Assembly (NCBI GenBank): GCA_963758495.1
Contig: CAVWVI010000005.1
Location: 1 to 64,000 of the forward strand
Reading direction: 5' to 3'
DNA length: 64,000 nt
DNA from: Oligoflexia bacterium
GTDB lineage: Bacteria; Bdellovibrionota; UBA1018
The number at the start of each line of letters is the position of its first letter. Positions within the stretch are counted from its first letter, which is position 1. Below, one piece after another: positions 28,956 through 39,762 of the stretch. Made by a program: the position numbers and the translations under genes. The notes under the pieces were generated by a model that made no database searches, had not been told where the DNA came from, and saw only the letters and a list, made by a program, of their open reading frames with translations.

Positions 28956-29657
28956 ATGAATAAATTAGTCGCAGACGCGAAAACAGCGGTTCAGGATATT
29001 CCTGAAGGAGCGGTGCTGGCACTGGGTGGTTTTGGTTTGTGTGGAATCCCTGAAAATTGTATTGCGGCATTGGTTGAAAAAGGGGTGAGGAATCTCACCT
29101 GTATTTCGAATAATGCCGGAGTCGAGGATTTTGGCATTGGACTTCTTCTTCAACGAAGACAAGTCAAGAAAATGATCTCCAGCTATGTCGGGGAAAATAA
29201 ATTATTCGAAGCGCTAGTCCTCTCTGGGGAATTGGAAGTGGAGCTCACTCCGCAGGGAACTTTGGCTGAAAAGCTTCGAGCAGCGGGAGCCGGAATTCCA
29301 GCTTTTTATACGCCTACAGGTGTAGGGACATTAGTGGCAGAGGGAAAAGATATCCGTGAATTTGACGGAAAAAAATATGTCCTCGAACGAGCATTAAAAG
29401 CAGATTTTGCTTTGGTTAAGGCATGGAAAGGCGACCCGATGGGTAACTTAGTCTTTCGCAAAACTGCCCGAAATTTTAATCCTGTGGTGGCTACGGCGGG
29501 CAAGATCACCATTGTAGAAGTAGAAGAGTTGGTCCCACTGGGCGCTTTGGACCCAGATCAAATCCATCTGCCAGGAATTTATGTAAAACGCATTTTTCAA
29601 GGTAGTAACTATAAAAAGAGAATTGAAAAACGGACGGTTAGAAATGCAGCAGTCTAA
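28956..29657 (+). CDS. scoA: 3-oxoacid CoA-transferase subunit A
   Basis: [30 protein letters not shown]. Confidence 0.92.
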   Translation: MNKLVADAKTAVQDIPEGAVLALGGFGLCGIPENCIAALVEKGVRNLTCISNNAGVEDFGIGLLLQRRQVKKMISSYVGENKLFEALVLSGELEVELTPQGTLAEKLRAAGAGIPAFYTPTGVGTLVAEGKDIREFDGKKYVLERALKADFALVKAWKGDPMGNLVFRKTARNFNPVVATAGKITIVEVEELVPLGALDPDQIHLPGIYVKRIFQGSNYKKRIEKRTVRNAAV

Positions 29658-30312
29658 AGTATTGACTCGGGAACAGATCGCTCAACGAATTGCACGGGAA
29701 TTAAGGGATGGTTATTACGTGAATTTAGGAATAGGGATTCCCACGTTAGTGGCTAATTATATTCCTAAAGGAATAAACGTAATTCTTCAAAGTGAAAATG
29801 GTCTTTTGGGGATTGGACCCTTTCCCACCGAATCAGAGGTAGACCCAGACCTGATCAATGCGGGAAAAGAAACAGTGACTGCCACCCTCGGCTCTGCATT
29901 TTTCTCTAGTGCAGATTCTTTTGCTATGATTCGAGGAGGCCATGTGGATCTCACGGTCTTGGGTGCCATGGAAGTGGATGAACAAGGAAATATTGCCAAT
30001 TGGATGATTCCTGGAAAAGTGGTGAAGGGAATGGGAGGCGCCATGGATTTAGTAGCCGGTGCCCGCAATGTGATCGTGGCAATGCAGCATGTTGCCAAAG
30101 ACGGTACAAGCAAAATCCTTCCTCGATGCACACTTCCATTGACCGGGGTAGGGGTTGTGAAAAAGATTGTCTCAGAATTGGCCGTGATTGATGTCACTCG
30201 TGACGGACTGGTTTTGATTGAGCGCGCCCCTGGAGTGAGCGTAGAAGAAATTCGCAAAGCCACCGCTGCGAAACTTCATATTGCCCCGCATGTGCCTGAG
30301 ATGACGTTTTAA
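29644..30312 (+). CDS. scoB: 3-oxoacid CoA-transferase subunit B
   Basis: [23 protein letters not shown]. Confidence 0.92.
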   Translation: MQQSKVLTREQIAQRIARELRDGYYVNLGIGIPTLVANYIPKGINVILQSENGLLGIGPFPTESEVDPDLINAGKETVTATLGSAFFSSADSFAMIRGGHVDLTVLGAMEVDEQGNIANWMIPGKVVKGMGGAMDLVAGARNVIVAMQHVAKDGTSKILPRCTLPLTGVGVVKKIVSELAVIDVTRDGLVLIERAPGVSVEEIRKATAAKLHIAPHVPEMTF

Positions 30313-30341
30313 CATAAGGGTGGTTGTACGGCAGGCACTCT

Positions 30342-31451
30342 ATGAAACTCCAAAGATTCATCTTATGTGTGATCCTATTCACGGGTTCAGTTTTCTCAAG
30401 CCAAGAGGCATTTTCTCAGAGTGACTTTGGCCAGTTTTACTTGAAGAACCGGGATCAGACAATTCAATATAGTCAACGTCAAATCGAGCAAGTGCGGAAG
30501 CTCCATTTTATTTTGATTCCAGGCATATTTGGCCACTTCGCAAATCTGAAGCATTCCTTACCGAAATGGAGCCAGCATAAACAAGTATTAGAATTATTCG
30601 ATCAGTGGAACCCAACTTATTTCGAGGAGATGGTCAGCGTGATCCGAGATGAGCTGGGAAGCGATGTGACTATCTTGTATAGGGACCCGAAAGAAAATTT
30701 TCGAAAAAATTCCGACTCATTTTCAGATCGGTTCCGTCAGATCTACGAGAAGAGATCACCCAAGAGCGTTGTGAAGAAGCTAGTCGTCATAGGCCACAGC
30801 AAGGGTGGGATAGATGCTGTATTGACTGGGCTGTGGCATCCCAAGCTTTTCGAAAATGTCATCGAGTACGTCGTTGCGGTTCAGTCTCCGTTTCAGGGAG
30901 GACATGGACGCCCAGAAAATATCGAGGAAGATTTCTTAGCAAGGATTTGTAACAGGTATGTTGAACGGGTAGACGAGATGAGCCCTGCTAGAATGATCGC
31001 CTTATTCAATGAGGCATTGAGGAGCCTGACCGTTCTTTCGCCAGATCAGCGCAACACGATTTCGAGTAGGATTGGGTTTGTAGGGAGTTATATTCGAAGT
31101 GAAGAGGACCGATCTTGGCTGACTCGTTTATTATTCCACTCCATAGGAATGAAATTTTCTGGTGAAAAAAATGATGGGTTAATACGATCTCGGGATCAAG
31201 TATTGGCCTTTGGGCAAGAAAATACGTCCGACGCCAACCTCATTCCGGCAATAGGCAAATTATGGGGTTTTGTTGAGGCAGATCATTGCGATCCATTTAT
31301 CGGAAAGGGTCTTTTGCTTTTGAAAAAAAGTTATTTAACCCCGAAAGCCTACTTTCGAGATTTGCCTATGGATAAAGAGGCGGCGGTAAAGATGCGCCTG
31401 CAATTTGCTAGAGTTTTTATCCTTTATCTATTGGGTGAAATGGTCAAGTAA
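30342..31451 (+). CDS. Secreted alpha/beta-hydrolase (lipase-like)
   Basis: Signal peptide, IPGIFG oxyanion-like motif, GHSKGG nucleophile elbow, NDGLI, ADH. Confidence 0.7.
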   Translation: MKLQRFILCVILFTGSVFSSQEAFSQSDFGQFYLKNRDQTIQYSQRQIEQVRKLHFILIPGIFGHFANLKHSLPKWSQHKQVLELFDQWNPTYFEEMVSVIRDELGSDVTILYRDPKENFRKNSDSFSDRFRQIYEKRSPKSVVKKLVVIGHSKGGIDAVLTGLWHPKLFENVIEYVVAVQSPFQGGHGRPENIEEDFLARICNRYVERVDEMSPARMIALFNEALRSLTVLSPDQRNTISSRIGFVGSYIRSEEDRSWLTRLLFHSIGMKFSGEKNDGLIRSRDQVLAFGQENTSDANLIPAIGKLWGFVEADHCDPFIGKGLLLLKKSYLTPKAYFRDLPMDKEAAVKMRLQFARVFILYLLGEMVK

Positions 31452-31588
31452 ACGGCTCCCTTGTCTATCGGTTGGCAGTTTATACTTAAAGAGCGAACTG
31501 ATCCAGTAGAAGTCCTGGACTTTAGAGGTTGAACTACTCTGTTTTGGTAGTTCGGTTAAGTGGGACTTCCCGCAGTATAGGTCGTTTC

Positions 31589-33391
31589 TTATTCAGCAAC
31601 CGCAGCACCTTCTCCACGAGGGTCGGGCACTCCTAAAGTCCTTCCATTGGGAAGCTTTTCGATTGCATGGACTTTTCCGAGGCTAGCAACTTCTTCGAGA
31701 GTGTATCCTTTTTTCTCGAGGATAGAGCGGGTTTCAAAAGGGAAGCCAAATTTTTCAATGGCTACGGATTCCGGCTTCCACTGTTGATGAAAGCGAGGCA
31801 TTGCAACAGCATCGGTCAGAGACATTCCAAATTCTAAACGATTCAATAACGACAAGAATACTGAGGTGATAATACGGGGTCCTCCTGCTGCACCTATAAT
31901 TATTTTCGCGTTGCCGTTTATATCTCTCACTACAGTCGGTGACATCGAGCTGAGAGGGCGCTTTCGGGAGGCAATCGAGTTGGCTTCGCCTCCGACGAGG
32001 CCAAATAAATTAGGTACGCCGGGTTGGATGCTAAAATCATCCATTTCATTATTCATGACGATACCCGTTCCAGGAGGAACAAAGCCTGAGCCAAAATTAT
32101 CATTGATCGTAGTGGTGATTGCCACAGCGTTTCCTTCTCGATCGATTACGGAAAAGTGCGTTGTGTGCTGAGGTTCGGGATTGAAAATTTTCCCAGCAGA
32201 AGTGGGGAGATGGGCGTAATCTGCTTGGAAGGTTTTCCATTGCTTATCTAGATACGCTGGAGAGAGTAATCGATCTAAAGGAACATCTATAAAATCAGGG
32301 TCTCCAAAGTATTGAGCCCGATCGGCATAAGAGAGTGACATGGCATGAATGAGTGCGTGAATCGAGTCAGCAGATCCAAAGCCATTTTTAAATGCACCCT
32401 TGGCCTCCGCTCTTTCTGCATAATTGAACAGTTGAAGTACTATAGCGCCACCGGATGAAGGAGGTGGCATCGAGATGACTTCGAATTCATGGAACGTTCC
32501 TTGAAGGGGTATTCTGAGTTTAGGATGATAAGAATTCAGGTCTTCAAGGGTAATAATACCTCCCGCATCTTGGATTCCCTTGACGATCTTTTTTGCAACT
32601 GGACCTTGGTAAAATCCTTGAGTTCCCATTTGAGAGATCTGCGTTAAGACACGGGCGAGATCAGGTTGTCGAATCAGGGTACCTGGGGGGCAAGGTGCTG
32701 AAGGTTTTTGATGGGCTTTGGGTTGAGTTACTTTATATTGAGTATTTAGGGAGGTGCATCCAAAAATCATTTTTGCGGCATCATTCATTGCGGACCAGCG
32801 GTCGAGTTCTGCATCTTCTAAGTGAGTTGAGAAGCGAAATCCTTTTTTCGCAATTTCAATGGGACGACTCAGAAGTTTTTGCCGAGAAAGCGTGCCGAAT
32901 TTTTGAAGGGCGAAGAGGAGTCCTGCTGGAACTCCGGGGATTCCTGAAGCCAAGGCACCATTTTTTGAGAGATTCGAATTTGCCTTCCTGTTTTGAACAA
33001 AGAGGTCTTTATGAGCAGTTGATGGAGCTTGTTCTCGATAATCGATCGCTTGGCATGGGGATGGACCTTTTACTCCTGGATGTGGGCAGAAAAGAAGAAA
33101 GCCACCCCCACCGATGGAGGCATAATGGGGCCGAGTCACGGCCAATGCAAAAGCGGTTGCGACAGCGGCATCGATAGCATTTCCGCCTTGTCGTAAAATT
33201 TCAGCACCCCATTCAGAGGCCTCACGATCATCTGATACCACCATTCCGCGTGTGCCCGTAATGAGCTGATCTCGACTGAGTGAAACAGATTCTGGGCCAC
33301 CGATAGATGAACCCAGGGTGTTTAAAGAAGAGATGAAGCATAAGACGATCGTTAGGATTCTGAGCGCTTGGATTCTGCGTGAGAGTATCAT
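31589..33391 (-). CDS. ggt: Gamma-glutamyltransferase
   Basis: GGNAIDAAVA, IDYRE, TTHFSVID, NNEMDDF, RPLSSMSP, DPR. Start placed at MILSRR. Confidence 0.96.
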   Translation of the reverse strand: MILSRRIQALRILTIVLCFISSLNTLGSSIGGPESVSLSRDQLITGTRGMVVSDDREASEWGAEILRQGGNAIDAAVATAFALAVTRPHYASIGGGGFLLFCPHPGVKGPSPCQAIDYREQAPSTAHKDLFVQNRKANSNLSKNGALASGIPGVPAGLLFALQKFGTLSRQKLLSRPIEIAKKGFRFSTHLEDAELDRWSAMNDAAKMIFGCTSLNTQYKVTQPKAHQKPSAPCPPGTLIRQPDLARVLTQISQMGTQGFYQGPVAKKIVKGIQDAGGIITLEDLNSYHPKLRIPLQGTFHEFEVISMPPPSSGGAIVLQLFNYAERAEAKGAFKNGFGSADSIHALIHAMSLSYADRAQYFGDPDFIDVPLDRLLSPAYLDKQWKTFQADYAHLPTSAGKIFNPEPQHTTHFSVIDREGNAVAITTTINDNFGSGFVPPGTGIVMNNEMDDFSIQPGVPNLFGLVGGEANSIASRKRPLSSMSPTVVRDINGNAKIIIGAAGGPRIITSVFLSLLNRLEFGMSLTDAVAMPRFHQQWKPESVAIEKFGFPFETRSILEKKGYTLEEVASLGKVHAIEKLPNGRTLGVPDPRGEGAAVAE

Positions 33392-33509
33392 AATAGAAAA
33401 TATGAAAGGTTTAGGGGGAAACGTCCACAAAAAATCATGATTGGAACAGGCCGGGTCATGATATGACAGGTTTGGTGAATTGAGGTCATATTTGAAAGGC
33501 ACTCAGAAA

Positions 33510-34493
33510 ATGTCAAGCAACCCATTCAGTTCCACGTCTACTCTTTCTCTCGATCGTAGAGTTTATCAAGGGTCTCTTCAACCCAGAGGTTTTCCATCTC
33601 TTCCTCTACATTGGGTATCCGAGTGGGATACTTTTCCTAGTGCAGATGGGAAGTTGCAGCTTTTTTCAGTGGTCCATCATGCCGAAGAGTGGAAAGGTCA
33701 TCGAGTATTAGTCGTGTTCCACGGTCTGGGTGAGCATGGTGGAAGATATATTCATTTTCCCTATTTTATGCAGTCGTCCGTAGATGCGGTCTATTGCCTG
33801 GATCATCGAGGGCATGGTCGTTCTGAAGGCTTGCGGGGGCATGTTGAGACTTTTAATGCGTATTCGGATGATGTGGTGTTGGCAATTTCCAGACTGGATG
33901 AGCATTTAAAAAAGCGTTTCGGTGATTCTGAGATTCATGTTTTGGGACATAGTATGGGTGGACTCATTACACTCAAAACTTTTTTTAATCATCCCAATCT
34001 TCCGGTCCGGTCCGTTACTATTTCCGCACCGTTACTCGGCATTCGAGCGCCCGTGCCACCCTTTAAAAAGTTTGCCGCAATAGCTCTTTCTAGAATATGG
34101 GGCTCCATTCATATGATGACAGAACTCGATGCAACTCAGCTCTCTCATGATAAAGATGTGGTAGAGGCTTATTTATCAGATCGATTAGTACATAAGAAAG
34201 TGACCCCAAGATTTTTTACAGAATTACAATTAGCCATGGCAAATACGGTGAAAAAAGATTCTGGGTTTAATTACCCGCTTCAAGTCATCATTCCGCTTCA
34301 AGACCAAATCGTGAACCCGGACGTGACCCTTGAGTTTTTCCGAAGTTTAAAACTGAGAGATAAACTTTTGAAAGTCTATCCTAGTTTTTTTCATGAACCC
34401 TTTAATGAAATAGGCAAAGAACAAGTATTTGAGGACTTAAATTTATGGATCAAAAATCACTCAGCGAACTCACGCGTCTTATTCGAAAGTTAA
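33510..34493 (+). CDS. Lysophospholipase-like alpha/beta hydrolase (Hydrolase_4)
   Basis: HGLGEHGGRY, DHRGHGRS, GHSMGG, HEPFNE. Confidence 0.88.
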   Translation: MSSNPFSSTSTLSLDRRVYQGSLQPRGFPSLPLHWVSEWDTFPSADGKLQLFSVVHHAEEWKGHRVLVVFHGLGEHGGRYIHFPYFMQSSVDAVYCLDHRGHGRSEGLRGHVETFNAYSDDVVLAISRLDEHLKKRFGDSEIHVLGHSMGGLITLKTFFNHPNLPVRSVTISAPLLGIRAPVPPFKKFAAIALSRIWGSIHMMTELDATQLSHDKDVVEAYLSDRLVHKKVTPRFFTELQLAMANTVKKDSGFNYPLQVIIPLQDQIVNPDVTLEFFRSLKLRDKLLKVYPSFFHEPFNEIGKEQVFEDLNLWIKNHSANSRVLFES

Positions 34494-35023
34494 GTTATAG
34501 AGAGGGGAGTTTTACTCTCGCTTCAGGAAAGAAAAGTTCTTTTTATATCGACCTTAAAGCGACCACCCTTCACCCTGATGGGGCATTCTGGATTGGAGAA
34601 GCTACGCTCGATTTACTCCAAAGAGAAAACTTAAAAATTGATGGGGTGGGGGGGCTCACTCTAGGTGCGGATCCATTAGCCACAGCGATCTCGCTTGCAG
34701 CTCGAACACGTGGAATGATCTGGCCCGCTTTTATTGTGAGGAAAGAACCCAAAAGTCATGGAACTTCACAGTATATTGAGGGTACCGAGAACCTTCCAGC
34801 AGGGGCAAAAGTGGTTGTTTTGGAAGATGTGGTGACTACGGGTGGATCAAGTTTGAAAGCAGTAGAGCGTCTTCGGGAAGCAGGATTTCATCCTGTGGCT
34901 ACTCTGACCGTCGTAGACCGAGAAGAAGGGGGCGCCGAAGCCATTAAAAAAGCGGGACTTCAGTTTATGGCTCTCACGACTTTGAAGAAAATCTGCGACT
35001 CGGAGCCGCAGGAACAAAGTTAA
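34445..35023 (+). CDS. pyrE: Orotate phosphoribosyltransferase
   Basis: FTLASGKKSSFYID, VRKEPKSHG, VLEDVVTTGGS. Confidence 0.96.
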   Translation: MDQKSLSELTRLIRKLSYREGSFTLASGKKSSFYIDLKATTLHPDGAFWIGEATLDLLQRENLKIDGVGGLTLGADPLATAISLAARTRGMIWPAFIVRKEPKSHGTSQYIEGTENLPAGAKVVVLEDVVTTGGSSLKAVERLREAGFHPVATLTVVDREEGGAEAIKKAGLQFMALTTLKKICDSEPQEQS

Positions 35024-35029
35024 CGATCT

Positions 35030-36688
35030 CTAGATCACGGTATCAACCGCATAATGCTCGTCATCCGTATGAGGATAATCGACTGTGTAATGAAGACCCC
35101 GACTTTCTTTGCGTAGGAGAGCGCATTTGACAATGAGTTCCGACACAGTCAGAAGATTTCTCAATTCAATTAAATCTGGGGTGAGTAAAAAATTCCAGTA
35201 ATAGGCATTGACCTCTTCCTTAAGAAGGTTCAGTCGCCTTTGTGCTCTTTCCAATCTGCGATTGCTTCTTACAATTCCTACATAATTCCACATGAGATAG
35301 CGGATTTCCAGCCAGTTTGCCGCAATATCGATCTTCTCTTCAAGTTCAACTGCATGCCCACTATCCCATTTGGGTAAATTCATGGGTGAAATCGAATGTG
35401 TCTCCTGAGAATGGAGATAGGCATGAAGATTAGAATTCATTTGAGCGGTTGCGTGTTCTACTGCACGATGTGCAAAAACCACAGCTTCTAATAGAGAATT
35501 ACTCGCTAAGCGATTTGCGCCATGGAGTCCCGTGCAAGCCACTTCTCCTACCGCATAGAGTCCTGAGATATTCGTCTGAGCATATTCATCGACTAAAACT
35601 CCACCACAAGAGTAATGGGCGGCTGGTACAACCGGAATGGGACTTGATGTAATATCAATTCCAAAGCTCAAACAAGTTTTATAAATATTTGGAAATTTTT
35701 TTCGAAGTTCTTTTTTAGGAATGGGTGAGCAATCCAAGAGAACGTGTTTATCCCCTGTCCTTTTAATCTCTATATCAATAGCTCGAGCCACCACGTCTCG
35801 AGGTGCCAAAGAAGCCATGGGATGGTGACGAGTCATAAATTCATCTCCAGAAAGACTTTTTAAAATCGCCCCTTCTCCGCGCAAGGCTTCCGAGATCAGA
35901 AAGGTTCGGGTACTGGGATGATAAAGGCAAGTAGGATGAAATTGCATAAATTCAAGATTAGCGACTTGAGCACCTGCTCGAAACGCGATAGCGATGCCAT
36001 CGCCAGTAGCAATGTCTGGGTTGGATGTATAGAGATAAACTTTTCCTGCACCTCCTGTGGCAAGCACCGTAATTTTTGCAGCGAGAGTGATGACCTTCTC
36101 AGAGCGGATATCCAGAACGTAAGCACCCAAGCATTTTCCTGGTTTTGGGTGGTGTTTAGCCACTTTTCCTTCGGTAATTAAATCAATCGCAATATGATAT
36201 TCCAAAACTTGAATACGAGGATGTTGGTTGATTTGATCTAAGAGGGCTTTCTCTATAGCCCATCCTGTTAAATCATCAGCATGAAGAATTCTACGTCTGC
36301 CGTGACCCCCCTCTCGATGAAGGTCAAATGTTTCTGCAGGATCAGTAGGTAAAATTTGCCCTTCTAGATGACTGGTTTTAGTAAACTCTACTCCCAATTG
36401 GATCAATTCTTTGACACGTGTGGGACCTTCGTGAACACAGATGTCTACAATATTGGGATGACATAAACCCGCCCCCGCAGTCTGAGTATCTTGTTTATGC
36501 TCATTGAAGCTGTCTTGCTTTGACCAGACGGAAGCAATGCCTCCTTGTGCATACCGAGTGCTGCCTTCCGCCCGATCTGCTTTACAGATTAAAATGACTC
36601 TATTGTGGTCAGCAAATTTGAGAGCTGTGCTGAGGCCGGCGATTCCTGTGCCCAAAACTAATACGTCTGTTTCTACTTGATATGCCAT
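35030..36688 (-). CDS. nadB: L-aspartate oxidase
   Basis: GTGIAG, STRYAQGGIA, EGGH, QFHPT, SEALRGEG, HGANRLASNSLLE. Confidence 0.95.
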   Translation of the reverse strand: MAYQVETDVLVLGTGIAGLSTALKFADHNRVILICKADRAEGSTRYAQGGIASVWSKQDSFNEHKQDTQTAGAGLCHPNIVDICVHEGPTRVKELIQLGVEFTKTSHLEGQILPTDPAETFDLHREGGHGRRRILHADDLTGWAIEKALLDQINQHPRIQVLEYHIAIDLITEGKVAKHHPKPGKCLGAYVLDIRSEKVITLAAKITVLATGGAGKVYLYTSNPDIATGDGIAIAFRAGAQVANLEFMQFHPTCLYHPSTRTFLISEALRGEGAILKSLSGDEFMTRHHPMASLAPRDVVARAIDIEIKRTGDKHVLLDCSPIPKKELRKKFPNIYKTCLSFGIDITSSPIPVVPAAHYSCGGVLVDEYAQTNISGLYAVGEVACTGLHGANRLASNSLLEAVVFAHRAVEHATAQMNSNLHAYLHSQETHSISPMNLPKWDSGHAVELEEKIDIAANWLEIRYLMWNYVGIVRSNRRLERAQRRLNLLKEEVNAYYWNFLLTPDLIELRNLLTVSELIVKCALLRKESRGLHYTVDYPHTDDEHYAVDTVI

Positions 36689-36790
36689 TTCAAAATTCCT
36701 TATCAGGCCTTCGTTCTTATCAATTTTATGTTATTATTATAATAGGAAACAAAAACAAACCGTATAGGTTGGAAACTCAATAAATTACCC

Positions 36791-38002
36791 ATGAAGTCGA
36801 TTAAAACGAAATTAGGAAGCCGACCCGGCTTTGGGCCCGAAGGCTTTTTACACCGCTTAAAAGAAACTGAAAAAAAAGTACAAGAGCGGGTTGTCGTGGA
36901 AATGAGTTCATCGGCAATCATAAATAATTATCGAGCAATTCAAGAGTTAGTGCCGGGTCAACAAATGCTTCCCATGATTAAGGCTAATGCCTATGGTCAT
37001 GGGGCCGCTTGGGCTGCTCGTCATTTAAGCTCCATGCCGGGTCTTTATGGTTTTGGTGTGGCTACGCTGGAAGAGGGGGCTGAGCTCCGAGCTGCTTTGG
37101 CTTCAAAACTGAGAAAGATTCCCCTTATTGTATTTTCAGGTACTGTCCCTTGGACTGAAGAAAAGGGACTGTTTTGCGAGCGATTTGGTTTGACCGTGGT
37201 GATCACTTCTGAGGAAGATTGGTATACCTTTACAAAGGGAGGCTGGCCCAAGCGGCTTCGTTATGAGTTACAATTTAATACAGGGATGAACCGGCTTGGA
37301 ATTTCTCTTCCTTTTGTGCGATCGATTGCAAAAGCTTGTCAGGCGATGGATCCGAGTGAGCATCCGCAAGGTGTTTTTAGCCATCTAGCGATGAGCGAAA
37401 CTCCTGATTCTAAACTTAGCTTAAGCCAATTAGAGAAATTTAAAATTCTCAAACATGAACTCTTTTCAATTTTACCGACCACTCAGTTTCATTTGGCAAA
37501 CAGTGGTGGGATTTGGAATAGTAAAAACTTTGGAATTCTAGGCTTAACGGATGTAGTCAGACCGGGTTTAGCTCTCTACGGAGTACCTCCTTGGGCGGGT
37601 GCTGCTGAAAGGGGACTTCTTCCTGTGATGTGTTTTAAAGTGCGCGTTGTTGCTATTCATCGTGTTAAGCCGGGTGAGTCAGTTGGCTATGGTGGAACCT
37701 ATCGAGTCAATGGGAACGAATCTGTGTATGTCGCTATTTTAGGGGCGGGTTACGCGGATGGAATTAAACGAGCTCTCAGTAATCGAGGATTTGCTTGGTT
37801 AGAGGGGAGAAGTACTCAGTTTTTAGGAGTGGTCAGTATGGATTTATGTGCAGTGGAGTGCTTAGAGAATACTCAGATAGGCACTTGGGTAGAACTCATC
37901 GGCCCTCAGGTTGATATTTGGGCTCAGGCGAAAGCAGCTGGAACGATCCCATATGAGCTTTTCACTTCTTTATCAAGTAGGGTAAAAAGGATTTATGATT
38001 GA
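36791..38002 (+). CDS. alr: Alanine racemase
   Basis: IKANAYGHG, NTGMNRLG, RPGLALYG, GYADG, VSMD. Confidence 0.95.
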   Translation: MKSIKTKLGSRPGFGPEGFLHRLKETEKKVQERVVVEMSSSAIINNYRAIQELVPGQQMLPMIKANAYGHGAAWAARHLSSMPGLYGFGVATLEEGAELRAALASKLRKIPLIVFSGTVPWTEEKGLFCERFGLTVVITSEEDWYTFTKGGWPKRLRYELQFNTGMNRLGISLPFVRSIAKACQAMDPSEHPQGVFSHLAMSETPDSKLSLSQLEKFKILKHELFSILPTTQFHLANSGGIWNSKNFGILGLTDVVRPGLALYGVPPWAGAAERGLLPVMCFKVRVVAIHRVKPGESVGYGGTYRVNGNESVYVAILGAGYADGIKRALSNRGFAWLEGRSTQFLGVVSMDLCAVECLENTQIGTWVELIGPQVDIWAQAKAAGTIPYELFTSLSSRVKRIYD

Positions 38003-38780
38003 ACCTCAAGCCAAGAATCTCAATCCCATTGTTATAGAAAACATTTATAAGAGCTTTAAAAAAGATAGGGAACCTGTTTTAAAGGGGATTTCACTGAGTT
38101 TTGAAAAAGGGAAATTGACCTATATCCTGGGTTCATCGGGCGTTGGAAAATCTGTGCTATTGAAGCATATCTTGGGTCTATTGAAACCTGATCAAGGGAA
38201 AGTATGGATTGATGGAGAAGATATCAGCTTACTTGGAAATCAAGAATTATCACGAATTCGGCTCAAGTTTGGTATGCTCTTTCAGAATTCCGCTCTTTTT
38301 GATGACATGACTGTTTTTGAAAATATCGCTTTTCCCCTTCGTGAGCACACCTCGCTGACTGAGAATGAAATTCTGGAGCGAGTGAATAAGACTCTTTCTA
38401 TTTTGGGAATGAAATCGGGGTCAGATAAAATGCCTGATGAATTATCAGGTGGCATGAAAAAGCGAGTAGGACTTGCTCGAGCGATTATTCGCGAGCCCTC
38501 AATATTACTATATGATGAACCGACGACGGGTTTGGATCCTGTGACCCGTACTACCGTAGATGAACTGATTGAGACCCTGAAGCGAGAGTTGAGATTGACG
38601 TCTATTGTGATCAGTCACGATATTGCTTCAGCACTGCTTTTGGCGGATTCAATTGCATTCATTCATGAAGGGCAAATTGCTTTTTTTGGAGTTCCTGCAG
38701 AATTTCGACAATCCAAACATCCTGCGATTCAAGAATTTTTAAATGCAGAGCGTCGTACAGCGGCCGTCTTTCAAGTTTGA
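37995..38780 (+). CDS. mlaF: MlaF/Mkl-type ABC transporter ATP-binding protein
   Basis: GSSGVGKS, LFQNSALFD, LSGGMKKRVGLAR, YDEPTTGLDP. Confidence 0.8.
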   Translation: MIEPQAKNLNPIVIENIYKSFKKDREPVLKGISLSFEKGKLTYILGSSGVGKSVLLKHILGLLKPDQGKVWIDGEDISLLGNQELSRIRLKFGMLFQNSALFDDMTVFENIAFPLREHTSLTENEILERVNKTLSILGMKSGSDKMPDELSGGMKKRVGLARAIIREPSILLYDEPTTGLDPVTRTTVDELIETLKRELRLTSIVISHDIASALLLADSIAFIHEGQIAFFGVPAEFRQSKHPAIQEFLNAERRTAAVFQV

Positions 38781-38852
38781 ATTCAAGGTGAATAGGGCTA
38801 TTCTGAGGAGAATCTTATGGATCAACTTTTAAAACCGAGGATGAATTAATTT

Positions 38853-39320
38853 ATGGACCAGTGGCTCATTCGCACCGCGCAGAACTGGATTGCAGGACCC
38901 TATACTTGTGAACAAATTCGTCAAATGATTTCTGAAAATAAGCTGACGCTACAGGATGAAGTGTGTGTTGCCAACGGATATTGGTTTTCCATTCATGAAA
39001 GAGATGAAGTTTTTAAATATTTAAAAATTGAACCTCCTCGTCAAAACACCGAGGGCATGGAGGATGAGGTCACTGAGACTCAGACGGATGTTCAAGAGGT
39101 TCATTCAGAACTGAAGTCGCAGTCAGCTTCACAAAACGCCATTCTATCCTCTGCAAACAGAAATTTAAGGATAGAGATTAAAAGCCAGCCCAATCAGCGG
39201 AATATAAAGGATTTTATTAAATCAGTATTTAAGTCTCTGGGACTGATGGTGTTACTTACCGTGGGGTTAGGTGCAATTGCAGTCATTTTAATGTTGAAAC
39301 ATGCGCGAATGCCAGAATGA
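38853..39320 (+). CDS. Hypothetical membrane protein (GYF_2-like N-terminus, C-terminal TM helix)
   Basis: W.I.....IAGPY...I..MI....L...DEV; hydrophobic C-terminus. Confidence 0.6.
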   Translation: MDQWLIRTAQNWIAGPYTCEQIRQMISENKLTLQDEVCVANGYWFSIHERDEVFKYLKIEPPRQNTEGMEDEVTETQTDVQEVHSELKSQSASQNAILSSANRNLRIEIKSQPNQRNIKDFIKSVFKSLGLMVLLTVGLGAIAVILMLKHARMPE

Positions 39321-39323
39321 CCC

Positions 39324-39394
39324 TGAGTCATGACTCATGAGTGATCATGATGAGTGATCATGATGAGTGATCATGATGAGTGATTATGATGAGT
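39324..39394. repeat. 13-bp tandem repeat (GAGTGATCATGAT x4) preceded by palindrome TGAGTCATGACTCA
   Basis: Units at 39339, 39352, 39365 and 39378, between convergent genes. Confidence 0.9.
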
Positions 39395-39401
39395 TGTGAG
39401 A

Positions 39402-39734
39402 TCAGTACCGTGTATTACGGGGATCTACAAAGTGAATATCTTTTAGAATTTCTTTAGGGGGCGTGAGGCCTTTTTTTGCGCAAGGTGTCTTTCCATTCAG
39501 AATATCAAGGATCTGATGTTTGCGATGGAATAATTCAGATCTCCAGATAGGATGTTCCACTTCTACCCAAAGCACTGAACTTTGAACGCGCACCGCTCTT
39601 GCGTGTTTTGCAATGACTTCACCTACAGCAATGGGCCAACGACCCAATGCTTCCGCTTCAGAAAGTCTCAAGGAGAAAGCTGGGTGCTTCTTTTGAGCTT
39701 TTCTTATAATTTCTAATAAGCTATCCAGCTTCAT
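39402..39734 (-). CDS. dciA: DciA/DUF721 family protein
   Basis: W..AVGE.IA.HA....V....L.V.V..P.W..EL...K..IL..LN. Confidence 0.75.
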   Translation of the reverse strand: MKLDSLLEIIRKAQKKHPAFSLRLSEAEALGRWPIAVGEVIAKHARAVRVQSSVLWVEVEHPIWRSELFHRKHQILDILNGKTPCAKKGLTPPKEILKDIHFVDPRNTRY

Positions 39735-39762
39735 AAAATTACTGTATTACTGATAGGTAGAG

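Noticed and set aside
32593..33177. 194-aa antisense ORF and the many other short overlapping ORFs in the track
   Set aside because: They lie within well-supported genes on the opposite strand or in another frame and have no recognisable motifs.
39339..39394. Possible CRISPR array
   Set aside because: 13-bp head-to-tail units with no spacers, and no cas genes in the window.
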